Program-made: the position numbers and the translations under genes
Assembly: GCF_039654945.1 (NCBI RefSeq)
Contig: NW_027361784.1
Span: 44,516,001-44,580,000 of the forward strand
DNA length: 64,000 bases
Origin: Dendrobates tinctorius
Lineage: Eukaryota
Reading direction: 5' to 3'
The notes under the pieces: model-generated
The model's database searches: none
Seen by the model: the letters and a program-made list of their open reading frames with translations, nothing else
Told to the model about the DNA's origin: nothing
Shown: positions 13,028 to 29,159 of the stretch, in pieces
Numbering within the stretch: position 1 is the first letter of the stretch
Layout of the letters: every line of letters starts with the position of its first letter

Positions 13028-14199
13028 ATATTATCTTATAGTTTAATTCTTGATATCTCGTTGAGGGCGAGATGGGATGAGTCTCTTTCCAAAGCCTAGA
13101 AATTTCCTCTGGTGTCAATTAAATATTCAATTCCTTCTCCCATTAACTTATAAAGTTAGGAAGTTCTCCTGAATCGCAGAGTATTTTATAAATTTTTTAT
13201 ATTATTTTCTTCGTCTTTGAACTAAAAAAAAAATATCTTGCGTTAATTTATCAGTAGGGTTGTTAGAGATATTAGGTATGTGAGTTCTAACTGTTTCTTT
13301 TATGATTTCAAGTTCTGCTTCTGTCATTTTAACGCAACTAAACAGAATCTTAAGTTCGGGGAAAAGTGCGGGGAAAAGGGGTAAAAAAAAAAAAAAAAAT
13401 TCCATTATCTTTTTGTATTTTGCTTTTATGGCTTTCATTGTGCAGGAAAAAATGACTTGTCAGCATGAGTTACGAATATAACCACACCAAACTAATGTAG
13501 GATTTTTATCATGTTTAGTGGATTAAAGAAAATAAAATTTAATTTTTTTTTTTTTTTTTTTACTTTTTTTATTTTTCCATCAATGGAACAGTGTGAGGGC
13601 TTGTTTTTTGCATGACAAGCAAATTTTGGGGTACATATGATATTTTGTGTTGGAAGGTTTTGTTAATTTTTTCTCTTTATGGCATTTAGTATACGGGTAA
13701 AGAATTTTATACCTTGATTGATCGGACTTCTACTGCTGCTGCAGAGATACTGAATGTGTTTATGTTTGTTTTAATTTCTTTATTGTTGACAGGGGGTGAT
13801 TTGCATTTTTATATTTGGTTTTAATATATACAGTATATATTATATATATTTATTACTTTTCACATAATCTTTTAGTCCCACTAGGGGACTTGAAGGGGAC
13901 TGTTTGATCTTACAGTATTGCATAATGCAGTAAAAGTCATGGTCTCCGTTGGGCTTGGCAGTAGCACCAAGGTGGCAGCGATAGGGGTGTTCATAGATAG
14001 TTCTATCCTTTTTTGCTCCTTCCTGCCTTTAGTATGGCTCCTAACTGACATTTATCTGAAAACCTGAGCAACCATATATGAGCTATGGAATCTAACTGAC
14101 ATTGAGCTAAACGACCGAGTAACCCGAGATGAACTGGTTTCTAAGGCTCCTAACTGACAATAACTGGACTGACATTGAGCTAAAGATCTGAGCAACCAG

Positions 14200-14440
14200 A
14201 GAGAAACTAGTTGCTACGGCGCCTAACCAACTGACATTGAGCTGGAACTAGTTGCTATGGGGCCTAACCAACTGACATTGAGCTGGAACTAGTTGCTATG
14301 GCACCTAAGCAACTGACATTGAGCTGGAACTAGTTGCTATGTGGCCTAACCAACTGACTTTGAGCCGGAACTAGTTGCTATGGCGCCTAACCAACTGACA
14401 TTGAGCTGGAACTGGTTGCTATGGGACCTGACATTGAGTT
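14200..14440. repeat. 41-bp minisatellite (cctaaccaactgacattgagctggaactagttgctatgg..), ~5-6 copies, decayed copies back to 14040
   Basis: Period 41 (14222, 14263). Confidence 0.85.
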
Positions 14441-14520
14441 GAACACCTGAAAACAAAAATATGAACCTCAACTGCCATATAAATCTCTCATAGCCATAAG
14501 TTACTGGATGGTGGACTCAC

Positions 14521-14632
14521 TCCGTTCTCTGGACAATGGGGAACGTCCCTAGACGCACGTAGGAGCTCTGAACCCCAGGCTCTCTCCCCCCGATGACATC
14601 TTTTATGTTGAATAACTCCATGAGGTCAAAAC
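14521..14632 (-). CDS. COL22A1: COL22A1 exon, 112 bp (GFDLMELFNIKDVIGGREPGVQSSYVRLGTFPIVQRTE), start of TSPN domain
   Basis: cag acceptor, gtgagt donor; phase 1 in, phase 2 out, compatible with both neighbours. Confidence 0.93.
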
Positions 14633-15014
14633 CTGTCACAGGATAGAGGAGAACAGATTATTTCACAATCCAAAATTACAACAAGAAGACACAAGACCAT
14701 CTCTGCACTGCCAGAGTGGTGGTGCTGGATCTCTGCGAGGTGGATCAGTGCCTACCGGCAGACTATTCGTGGCTGTGGTACTAACCCGAGCAATAGCAAT
14801 ATAACAATGAGGGTGACGTTGCCGAATATGTTTTTTTTCCTTCTAGAACTGGCTCTATCCCTGTACATGGTCTGTGTCTGTAAATGCGATTCAGCCTAAT
14901 TTATATAAATGTGACTGAGTGGTTAAAAGAAAAGACAAGCCATGTTTTTCAGAATTTTTTCTGTTTCTCTTTTCGCCACATGACTCAGGTTAAGAAGCCA
15001 TACCAAAAATTCCA

Positions 15015-15059
15015 TTTACAGATTTGTGTTTCAGGGCGTTTGCTCTACATCAGTGCAAA
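15015..15059 (-). ncRNA. Decayed minimal type I hammerhead ribozyme (Penelope-like terminal repeat)
   Basis: Minus strand TTTGCA-CTGATG(t)a-gagcaaacgccct-GAAAC-acaaa-TC-TGTAAA: stem I, core boxes and stem II present. Confidence 0.55.
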
Positions 15060-15095
15060 GCAGGAGGTCTAATTTAGCTGGATGAGAGTTCTTTG

Positions 15096-16457
15096 TGTCA
15101 CGATCTCCACTCTGTGCCTGTCTGATGTGTTAGTTTGTGTAGGGGTTGTGCTGGGTTTGTGCTGCATCATCTGTGTTCACTTTCCTTGATTAGTCTTCCA
15201 CTTAAGCATGCTTGATCCCTCACTCTGTGTCAATCGTACACTTGCTGTTGCATGTGTAAGTCTGATCACTCTGTGCTCTGCATCTGACCCAGCTTGATTT
15301 GATTCTCTTCCCGGACTCTGACCCTTTGTGTTAGGAACGGCGGAACGCACTAAATAAAAATAATAATAAAGTGCGTTCGCCTCTCGGGGTCCACCGTGCA
15401 GTAGGTGTTATAACCGCTGCTAAGTGGTGGTAGGAGCAATATGGCGGAAATGCGCACAGGGTCAATTGTCACCCAGGTGCGCAGAGCAATATCTGTGAAG
15501 TCACAGAGATGCCAAATAAACACAAATACACAGACTGAGCCTGTTGAGGTCACAATACTCAGTATAAATACAAACACAGTATCAGGTCACAGGAGTAGCC
15601 CAAGATGGCGGCACTACGTCCGTCTAGACCTACCGTGTGTGCGACGTCGCAGCTGCAGATGCTAAGGTGGGCTGCTACAGTGGCGCGGCATGGACACTGC
15701 CGCTAAACGACAAAGCTATGACGCAAGCGCAATGTCAGACGCTAGCAGCTGTGAATGTTGCAGCAGAGGAGCGCTGGCGCTGATTCTAACTCAGTCCCTA
15801 ACCACATACGTAATATTAGAGGGAAGGGGTTTTATAATGAGTCATTCACCAGAATCATACATCCGTCCTCATACACACAGCAGCAAGTAAGTCTATACTA
15901 GCGCATGGCGGAACAGCCACGCGCGCCTTTATAACAGCCAGGACCTTCTGCAAGCCTCCAGATCTCTGAGATGGACCAATGAGATCTGGAGCAGGACCTG
16001 AGCACATGACTCCCGATCTCCAATGGGAGATCGTCCCATGAGCATGTTCAGTAGGAGGGCAGAAGGACTTAGCCTCAGGAGAGATTTGCTGCAAGGCAAT
16101 CTCCTCTGAAATCTCCTCTACAGTGGATAAACAGCAGGAGACTGCAGAATGTGAGGGTCTGGATCCCTGCAGAGTAAACGCAGAAATCCGACGCCTAACA
16201 CTTTGCTTGTGACCTGACTTCTCTTGTGCCTGCTCCCTGTAAACTATCTTGTCTTTCTGGTTTTCCTGACCTTCGGCTCGTTAATTGGATTTTGTTTCAG
16301 ACTTCCCTTTGTTATACTGCGCCATTTCCTGGACCTGACCTCGGATTGTTTGACCTCCCTTTATGTATCCAGTAAGAAGTATTACATTACTATCTATTAT
16401 AGTAGTCTCGCTCTCCATTTTTGGGGACTTATTATTACTATAGTGACTCACATCACA
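15096..16457. mobile_element. Old solo LTR interrupted by a younger solo LTR
   Basis: TGTCAC...CATCACA ends; 5-bp TSD CTTTG at 15091-15095 and 16458-16462. Confidence 0.7.
15329..16200. mobile_element. Solo LTR (872 bp)
   Basis: TGTTAGG...CCTAACA inverted termini; exact 5-bp TSD CTTTG (15324-15328, 16201-16205). Confidence 0.88.
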
Positions 16458-16520
16458 CTTTGATTAGGGTCTAAGAGGTTCTTTTTGGTATAGAAAGCCA
16501 AGCTTGCATTTGATGACTTA

Positions 16521-18155
<1,635 letters not shown>

Positions 18156-18177
18156 TATAGGCTGCACTGTGCAATGC

Positions 18178-18222
18178 TTTGAACTGATGAGGGGCAACTA
18201 CCCAAAAACATGTGTCTGCAAA
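18178..18222 (+). ncRNA. Decayed minimal type I hammerhead ribozyme (inverted partner of 15015-15059)
   Basis: TTTGAA-CTGATGA-ggggcaactaccc-aAAAAC-atgt-GTC-TGCAAA; GAAA box mutated to AAAA. Confidence 0.55.
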
Positions 18223-18399
18223 TGAAATCTCTGGTTTGGCTTCTTATTCTCATGCATTGATTTTTAGGACGACTCCATGCATTAGATGGATCTAGAGAAA
18301 AGTTCCCTGTTTACAATCTGAAGAGGATATTTGCAAATTAAATTTCCCAGGGGATCATTGCATGGCCTATAAGTCTCCTTACGCTGGTTTATCAGTCTC

Positions 18400-20475
18400 T
18401 ATAAGGAAAAATGATATGTAAATGATGGAAAATAGAAATTTTCAAAATATCTCAATTTATTCACTATCAAATAAGAGCGCCACACCCACAATTCTCTGCA
18501 TGCACAGCCTCGGTTGCTATCATTGAGGTTATTAATGGTCATCCAAGGAATGTTCTACCGTTGAATGCTGCCAGGCATTATAGTGTTGAAAGACATCTCC
18601 TAGGACTTTGGAAAAATGGCCGCACCACTGGTTCCACTACCAAATTAATGTAGCACCGAGCTACTAGTGCACATGGAGTGAAGGACAGAGGAGTCCGGCT
18701 ACCATACATCATGCCACCCCACATCATCAGAAAGTGTTTGCATGACATCAGGGCCGGCCCGAGAGATTACGGCGCCCTAGGCAAAACTATTTTGTTGCGC
18801 CCCTACTATTCTTGGCAGTAGATGAAAACTTGGTATATAATTTTAGGAGCAAAATAAACCACAACAACAATGATTAATTAACTCTCTCCTAACTCTTAAA
18901 TCTTCTCAGAAGTTGTATAGGACAAATATATACAAAGTAATCAATAACACAAAACAAAAACGACCATAGGTAATTAAAATTTTTGTTTCCTTGCCTTTTT
19001 TTTTTAAAAGGATGACACTAAGTCACCGAGATTAATTTGTTTAGCAACTTCAGATTCTATCGAAATTGTTGCCAACCCAACCAACCTCTCTTGCGTCATA
19101 TTTGCCCTTAAATATGTACACTTTTCCTTCCATCCTAAAACTTTTTGCCTTTTGAAAAGATTTTTTATAATTTTTTTCTATTTTTTCTCTGGCGCCCCCT
19201 TTGGGTCGGCGCCCTAGGCGGCCGCCTAGTTCGCCTATACGTTCGGGCCGGCCCTGCATGACATTGACCATGAGCCAGACGTCCGGCTACATCTGTTCCG
19301 TGTCTTCTGCCCCCACGATTTGAAGCATGATGGGTAATTACCAGTATATGTTGTGTAGCTACTAATCTAACCGCTGTTTTCTTGCTATGTACCATTGCAC
19401 TCTTTTATACCTCTGGATACAGTTTCCCTGTCCCCCTTAATCCAGCGTTCCCATAGCTTTGATTAAGACCTTAGTTATTGACACTATTGGTCTGAAGCGC
19501 ACAACACTTTAAGTTTACGTATTGGGAATTCTGAATACCTGGGTTGCACTATGCACTTTACTTACGGCTTGGGTTATAACTGCCCAGAGGAGACTAGCAC
19601 CACTAGTGGCAGTTTTTTGCCCTACATGTCTTCAATGTGGGAGTAGAGCACCTATGCTATGATCTAGGGTACTCAGGTCACTGAATGATATGTATTTATT
19701 CTTTCATAATTTTCTCTGCTCATAAATACTCACTATATTGTGCTTTGGCATATTCTAATATTCTATGTCATATTTTATGATAAATAAAATTTTGTATTTT
19801 TGTAAATTAGCATAGACTCTATTTCTCCGTTTTTTCTCATATGTATACGAGTCGCTGCTTCAATGCAATCTTGTAAAAAAAAAAAAAGGGTGGAAATTGC
19901 GCCATAACTAGTTAATTAATTATGTTTTGGAGATTTTTTTGTATTGTCCGGCTACAACTGTTGCCTGGACCTCACACTTCAATTCTCACAGACTATCATA
20001 GTGCAGAGCAAAACTAGAGGCAATCCACAGCGGCAATACCATAGAGAGGTCTTCTCTAGGGAATGTGAATGTGTCCCAGTAGCCTTTTTTCAACACAAGA
20101 CCATGCCACTTGTTGTTCGTGCTGCTGTGATCAGCCTACATGGTCTAAACGTGCCACCATAGCCTACAGCATCTCCAGACTGGTCTCCCATTGAGCATAT
20201 CCGGGACATCATTAGTCAGTGATTACACAGCAGCAGATCTTGATGATTTGCCCAAGTGCATTCGGTGCAGAACCTTCCTCAGACAACCATTATTAACCTC
20301 ACCGATAGCAGCCGAGGCTGGAAGTGTCGGGATTTCTGCACATGGCTCATACTCCAGACTGAACAGATCAAGTTGCTTTGAAAAATTTGCTTCCATTATT
20401 TTCATTGATCAGTAACATCTCCATGTTGTGACTTCCATCATTCTAGGACTTCTTCTTTGTGTTGTATTTTCACTG
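18400..20475 (+). mobile_element. Highly decayed Tc1-like element hosting later insertions
   Basis: SPDxSPIEHxxD-like remnant at ~20170-20210; weak inverted similarity between 18420-18530 and 20290-20405. Confidence 0.4.
18749..19256 (-). mobile_element. hAT MITE retaining the transposase C-terminus
   Basis: TIR CAGGGCCGGCCCGA; exact 8-bp TSD CATGACAT; 18974-19099 minus reads MTQERLVGLATISIESEVAKQINLGDLVSSF/KKKARKQKF*. Confidence 0.9.
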
Positions 20476-20536
20476 TTTCACCTATATGATTACATTAAAC
20501 CTATCTATCTATTATCTATCTATCTTAAAAAAAAAT

Positions 20537-21135
20537 ACAAAGAAAAAACACAGTATGACAAACGTGCAAAAATACTCTGTTGCAAAAAATATATAACAGT
20601 AAACAGCAAGTGCTAGTAAAAAAAATGATAACAAAAACAGGGCAATTAGTTGATACGTGTTTTGCAAAAAATGTATACTAAGCCACTCCACCACGTCACG
20701 GTATAACCATCTCGGAGCAGTCCTATCTAATGTATTTAAAACCTGATCATGTGAACAGTACCTATATGAGCAGGATTCAGAAAGGCGCTTCCTGATGTGG
20801 GCACACTGTGCAAGACGCCCCTCTCTTGAATGACATGCACATAAAGAGCCATCTTGCACAGCGTGCCCACATCAGGAAGCGCCTTTCTGAATCCTGCTCA
20901 TATACAGTAGGTATTGTTCACATGATCAGGTTTTAAATACATTAGATAGGACTGCTCCGAGAAGGGTATACCGTGACGTTGGTGGAGTGGCTTAGTATAC
21001 ATTTTTTGCAAAAAATGTATCAACTAAATACCCAGTTTTTGTTATCATCTTTTTACTAGCACTTGCTGTTTACTGTTATATATTTTTTGCAACAGAGTAT
21101 TCATGCACGTTTGTCATACTGTGTTTTTTCTTTGT
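20537..21135. repeat. ~600-bp foldback (arms ~280 bp), probably Penelope-like terminal repeats
   Basis: Arms are reverse complements around a short spacer at ~20818-20850; family assignment is inference. Confidence 0.8.
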
Positions 21136-21801
21136 GTTTCAGTCTTTAGGTGGTGTGAACACTGTCCAACCGCCCTGTTCACTTTTGTGCATGTCACATG
21201 TGTTTTAAATCTTAAAAAAATAGTAAAAAGAAGCACAAGTGTGTATATGGCTCAAAGCCTCAAAGGTACATGCCAGTACCAGTTTTGCAAGGCTCTATCT
21301 GTCTACCTATTATCTATCTATTAGGATCACTGGCACAGTGTATGAAAGGAGATATGTGTCACTGCACATATAAGCGTCAGTGATGTAGAACCAGAATAGT
21401 TTTCCTCCAGCACGCTATGTGTTTAGAGGGTTAAGTTATGTTATGGTCTGGTTTTAGAGGACCTTCATAGAGCTGGTGGGAGGAGGTCCACCGTATCTCC
21501 ACCTGCAGAGCCCTGACAGGACCTGTGTGATGTCAAGGTCATGTGATCATCACATGAGGTTTTAAATACCTGGCCATGAGATTCAGTGGGTGTGGCGTGC
21601 TGGGAAAGGTGGAACTCCCACGTAGCTCCTGGAGGAGCTAAGGACGCTCTGCATGTTGCCTGCAGGGCAAGGACTCTGTTAAACGTTACCTTTGGTTTTG
21701 TTTTACCGTTATGTCAGAACGGCTCTGTCTGTTTTTCCTGAACCCTGCTGAAGTTTATGCTGTCTAAAATAAACTAGCAAGTCAACCCCTCACACGATCT
21801 A

Positions 21802-23420
<1,619 letters not shown>

Positions 23421-23439
23421 TATTTATCTATTCATTCAT

Positions 23440-23440
<1 letters not shown>

Positions 23441-23480
<40 letters not shown>
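23441..23480. repeat. (TCTA)n microsatellite
   Basis: Direct reading. Confidence 0.95.
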
Positions 23481-23482
<2 letters not shown>

Positions 23483-24391
23483 CCCTCCATTATACTTAGC
23501 ATATAACAACGTTTTCCAATCTATCCTGAACACAACAATTATCTATTGTCTGATCTTCGCTCCAGGGCAGCGTTTCTTTCTCTTCCTAATGAATTAGAGG
23601 TCACGACCTCTGCCCTTCTGAGAAGGTCACTTACCCACAATGTATATGGATATTACTCATTTACCAATATTATGTCCTATTAGCGGATGTAATATGCAAG
23701 GAATGGGTGCCACCATAAGTCATGGGACTCTCCGGTTCCAGCACTGAGGACTGAGGATCTTTTTCATATATATTTTGTGGTTTATGCAAAACTGAATTAA
23801 TGTCCAGATAATTAAAATATATCTTTAAAGGAAAACTTTCTAATTGCCATTGATCTATTTTTATTCCTCAGTGCTCATGGAATGGCTGGGATAATGGCCG
23901 GGAACATCTACTGGGTTCATACTAAATAATTCATAGTACTGAAGACTCTGAAGAGCAATGCTCTAGTGTTCTGGACTCTTGCTGGGAGATGACGGACCAA
24001 TGGTACAAATAGCAGAGCAGCTTGTACTAAATATTTCTGCCACTAGGCGGTGCTGTAATGGTTTAGATTATGTATGATTTGTCATTTATAGCGCACTCAT
24101 GAAAGATGCTCAACAGCACACCACGTGGTCAGACAGGGTATTGCAAGCAAAACTTAATTTTTGGGAAAGAACTTTTAGTTTTTGTGAATTTTGCACGAGG
24201 TCTGTATTTACTAGTGCCGAGGATGATTTTGAGTATCTGTAAAAAAATAAATAAATACATACATAAAAAAATATACATTTTAGGAGCTGTACACAAATTT
24301 TATGGCCATGAATAAAAGCTGACCTGCAGTACCCGGCAGCGGCAGCTAACTAGCGCATGGATCTGTGAGCTATGCTTTGTACAGTGTTTAC

Positions 24392-25058
24392 AAAAAGACT
24401 TAGGTATACTAATAGATCACAGACTGAATATGAGTCAACAGTGTGATGCAGCAGCAAGAAAGGCAAATGCAATTCTAGGATGTATTAACAGAAGCATACA
24501 GTCTAGATCACGTGAAGTCATTATTTCCCTCTACTCCTCTTTGGTCAGACCTCATCTGGAATATTGTGTCCAGTTTTGGGCACCACATTTTAAAAAAGAC
24601 ATCAACAAACTGGAGCAAGTTCAGAAAAGAGCGACCAGAATGGTGACCGATCTGCAAACCCTGTCTTATGAGGAAAGGTTGCAGGATTTGGGAATGTTTA
24701 GTTTGCAAAAGAGAAGACTGAGAGGAGACTTAATAGCTGTCTACAAATATCTCAAGGGCTGTCACATTGTAGAAGGATCAACTTTATTCTCATTTGCACA
24801 AGGAAAGACTAGAAGCAATGGGATGAAACTGAATGGGTGGAGACACAGATTAGATATTAGAAAAAACTTTTTGACAGTTAAAGTGATCAATGAGTGGAAC
24901 AGGCGGCCACGAGAAGTGGTGAGTTCTCCTTCAATGGAAGTCTTCAAACAGAGGCAGGACGGACATCTGACTGGGATGATTTAGCGAATCCTGCTTTGAG
25001 CAGGGGGTTGGACCAGATGGCCCAGGAGGTCCCTTCCAACTCTACCATTCTATGATTC
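24392..25058 (+). mobile_element. 5'-truncated CR1 LINE (RT C-terminus ORF 24430-24984 plus 3' UTR)
   Basis: MSQQC...KANAILGCI...LVRPHLEYCVQFW...RRLRGDLI motifs; CR1 tail GGTCCCTTCCAAC...ATTCTATGATTC. Confidence 0.95.
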
Positions 25059-25430
25059 ATCTGCCGGCTTTTTATTGCATAGTGTTACTGCATGAGCATT
25101 ACATGAGCTCTGTATGATATTGTTACGTCTTTATTATGTGTGTACTATAAGGCAGTATGAGTACTGTATAATACTGTTATGTCTTCACTTCATGGCAATA
25201 TTTTATGGCAATATTACTGTAGATGGACACTATATGGCAGTGATGTGTCTTTACTTTATGGCCTTATTATGTAAGTAATGAATAATAACACCTCACTTCA
25301 TGACATTTTGTGTGGGCACTACGTGGAAGAATTAATAGGGCGTCTTATGATACTGTTAAGTCGTCATTAAATGACACTATTACTTTACCACTATATAGCC
25401 GTATTATGTGGCCACTGAACAGAGCACTTA

Positions 25431-27054
25431 CGGTACAGACAAAAAGTTTGGACACACCTTCTCATTCAAGGAGTTTTCTTTATTTTCATGACTATGAAAA
25501 TTGTAGATTCACTCTGAAGGTATCGAAACTATGAATTATCACATGTGGAATTATATAATTAACAAAAAAGTGTGAAACAACTGAAAATATGTCTTATATT
25601 CTAGGATCTTCAAAGTAGCCACCTTTTGCTTTGATTTCTGCTTTGCACACTCTTGGCATTCTCTTGATGAGCTTCAAGAGGTAGTCACCGGAAATGGTTT
25701 TCACTTCACAGGTGTGCCCTGTCAGGTTTAATAAAAGGGATTTCTTGCCTTATAAATGGGGTTGGGGCCATCAGTTGTGTTGTGCAGAAGTCTGGTGGAT
25801 ACACAGCTGATAGTCCTACTGAATAGACTGTTAGAATTTGTATTATGGCAAGAAAAAAGAAGCTGAGTAAAGAAAAACAAGTGGCCATCATTACTTTAAG
25901 AAATGAAGGTCAGTCAGTCCGAAAAACTGGGAATAGTTTGAAAGTGTCCCCAAGTGCAGTGGCAAAAACCATCAACGCTACAAAGAAACTTGCTCACATG
26001 AGGACCGCCCCAGGAAAGGAAGACCAAGAGTCACCTCTGCTGCGGAGGATAAGTTCATCCGAGTCACCAGCCTCAGAAATCACAGGTTAACAGCAGCTCA
26101 GATTAGAGACCAGGTCAATGCCACACAGAGTTCTAGCAGCAGACATCTCTACAACAACTGTTAAGAGGAGACTTTGTGCAGCAGGCCTTCATGGGAAAAT
26201 AGCTGCCAGGAGACCACTGCTAAGGACAGGCCACAAGCAGAAGAGACTTGTTTGGGCTAAAGGAACACAAGGAATGGACATTAGACCAGTGGAATTCTGT
26301 GCTTTGGTCTGATGAGTCCGAATTTGAGATCTTTGGTTCCAACCACCGTGTCTTTGTGCGATGCAGAAAAGGTGAACGGATGGACTCTACGTGCCTAGTT
26401 CCCACCATGAAGCATGGAGGAGGAGGTGTGATGGTGTGGGGGGTGCTTTGCTGGTGACACTGTTGGGGATTTATTCAAAATTGAAGGCATACTGAACCAG
26501 CATGGCTACCACAGCATCGTGCAGCGGCATGCTATTCCATCCGGTTTGCGTTTAGTTGGACCATCATTTATTTTTCAACAGGACAATGACCCCAGACACA
26601 CCTCCAGGCTGTGTAAGGGCTATTTGACCAAGAAGCAGCGTGATGGGGTGCTACGCCAGATGACCTGGCCACCTCTGTCACCAGACCTGAACCCAATCGA
26701 GATGGTTTGGGGGTGAGCTGGAACGCAGAGTGAAGGCAAAAGGGCCAACAAGTGCTAAGCATCTCTGGGAACCCCTTCAAGACTGTTGGAAGACCATTTC
26801 CGGTGACTACCTCTTGAAGCTCATCAAGAGAATGCCAAGAGTGTGCAAAGCAGTAATCAAAGCAAACGGTTGCTACTTTGAAGAACCTAGAATATAAGAC
26901 ATATTTTCAGTTGTTTCACACTTTTATTATATAATTCCACATGTGGTAATTCATAGTTTCGATACCTTCAGAGTGAATCTACAATTTTCATAGTCATGAA
27001 AATAAAGAAAACTCTTTGAATGAGAAGGTGTGTCCAAACTTTTGGTCTGTACTG
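25431..27054 (+). mobile_element. Tc1 transposon with ~265-bp TIRs, transposase (from 25845) frameshifted
   Basis: TA TSDs; TIR C(G/A)GTACAGAC.AAAAGTTTGGACACACC; [28 protein letters not shown]. Confidence 0.94.
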
Positions 27055-27624
27055 TACAGTATGTCTTCACAATATGGCATCTTATTTAAGTACTGCCTCA
27101 TGCTTCATTATCCTCGCTATGTGACATTTTCGCAAGCATGTTGCAGTATTGTATGAGCACGGTATTATACTATTATGTCTTTATTATGTGGCATTTATAT
27201 GTAATTGTTATTAGACAGCATTATATGGGCATTATGCTGTACTTTACTGTTATGTTTTCACTTTTCACTTTATGGCAGAATTCTATAAGTGCTTTAAAAT
27301 ACTTGAATGTCCTCACTACATGACATGGATATGTTATGGTAATATTGCTTCTTCATTATATGGCATTGCTATATAAGAACTACATGGCAGTATTATGTGG
27401 CCACTAAATAGTCCTTTTATGCCTTCATTTTATGCAAGTGTTCTGTGATGCTTCACTGTCCACTCTATATGACATTTCATTGAAGCACTATATGGCAGTA
27501 TTTTATGAGCTCTGTATGATACTTTTATTACATTGTATTAATATGTATTATAAGGCAGTATTATATGTGAGTGATAAATGGCAGCATTACTTTATTATAT
27601 GAGCATGGTATTTTCCTAATATGT

Positions 27625-28430
27625 ATTCACTGTATGTCAGTATAATGTAAGTTCACTATATGGCATTATGTAAGTTCACTATATGGCAGTATTATGCAAG
27701 TTCACTATATGTCAGTATTATGTAAGTTCACTAAATGGCATTATGTAAGTTCACTGTATGTCAGTATAATGTAAATTCACTATATGGCATTATGTAAGTT
27801 CACTATATGGCGATACTATGCAAGTTCATTATATGGCATTATATAAGTTCACTACATGGCAGAATTATGAAAGTTCACTATATGGCAGTAATAGGTAAGT
27901 TCACAATATGGTAGCATTAAGTAAGTTCACTATATGTCAGTATTATGTAACTTCACTATATGGCAGTATTATCCAAGTTTACTATATGGCAGTATTATGT
28001 AAGCTCTCTCTATGACATTAAGTAAGTTCACTATATGTCAGTATTATGTAACTTCACTATATGGCAGTATTATCCAAGTTTACTATATGGCAGTATTATG
28101 TAAGCTCTCTCTATGACATTAAGTAAGTTCAGTATATGGCAGTATTAAGTAAGTTCAATACATGGCGTTATGTAAGTTCACTGTATGGCAGTATTATGTA
28201 ATTTCACTATATGGCAGTAATATCAAAGTTCACTATATGGCAGTATTATGTAAGTTCCCTGTATGACATTATGTAATTTCACTATAAAGCAGTTTTAAGT
28301 AAGTTCACTATATGTCAGTATTATGTAAGTTCAGTATATGGCAGTAATATGTATGTTCACTGTATGGCAGTAATATGTAAGTTCACTATATGGCAGTAAT
28401 ATGTAAGTTCACTATATGGCAGCATTAGCA
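27625..28430. repeat. ~26-bp AT-rich minisatellite (gtaagttcactatatggcagtattat); decayed copies at 25080-25430 and 27060-27620
   Basis: Direct periodicity. Confidence 0.9.
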
Positions 28431-29159
28431 CTGTATGGTAATATGGTTAAAGTGTTGCTTTCAGTTAAGCAATTTCATAATAGTATTACTGTCCATTTTG
28501 CACTTTCCTGACAAATTAGGCAAATTCCATGTTTTCCCCCGGCCCCCACAAATCATGCCATGGGCACTGGGGTCCAGATATCAGAGCATGTGAAGAACAT
28601 CTCATCATCTCCTATGTGCAGAGATGTACGGTATATCCGTATGACTGCGTCATCTCTGCAGGAATTCTGTATCAAACTCTAAATTTTCGCTGTTACATTC
28701 ACCCTATTAAACGGCAGAGAGCGATTTACTACGGTCCAGATGGTTTATTTACTATTTATAGTCTCTGAATAAGAGAAAAAAAATATGATTTTTGTTCCTG
28801 CTGTTTGATGATTCTGGAAGTAATCCACAGTCGCATAATTCACATCAAAACCACCGCTGAGAAACATTTAGACAAATTTGTAAGAAGTCACGATCAGGGG
28901 CCCCGGAGTCCTATTATATCCTCCGCTTTGTAATATTGACTGTAATGAAGGAGTGAGATGGCCGTGACTCACGTCAGTCTCGTATCTGAGGACAGATTAT
29001 CTGTGACTTTCACAATTAGAGGTAATACGTAATATATCACCGACGTTACACCACTGACAATCATTAGTGTAATTTGTAATCCAGCGATTAATTACTTACA
29101 ACAAATTACCATTCTTAAAAGGGAACACTCATGATGAAAGGTTCCTTCCTTCATACGTG

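Noticed and set aside
21439-21800. Possible additional solo LTR (TGTTATGG start, AATAAA near 21768)
   Set aside because: No matching CA end or TSD could be found beyond the adjacent Tc1
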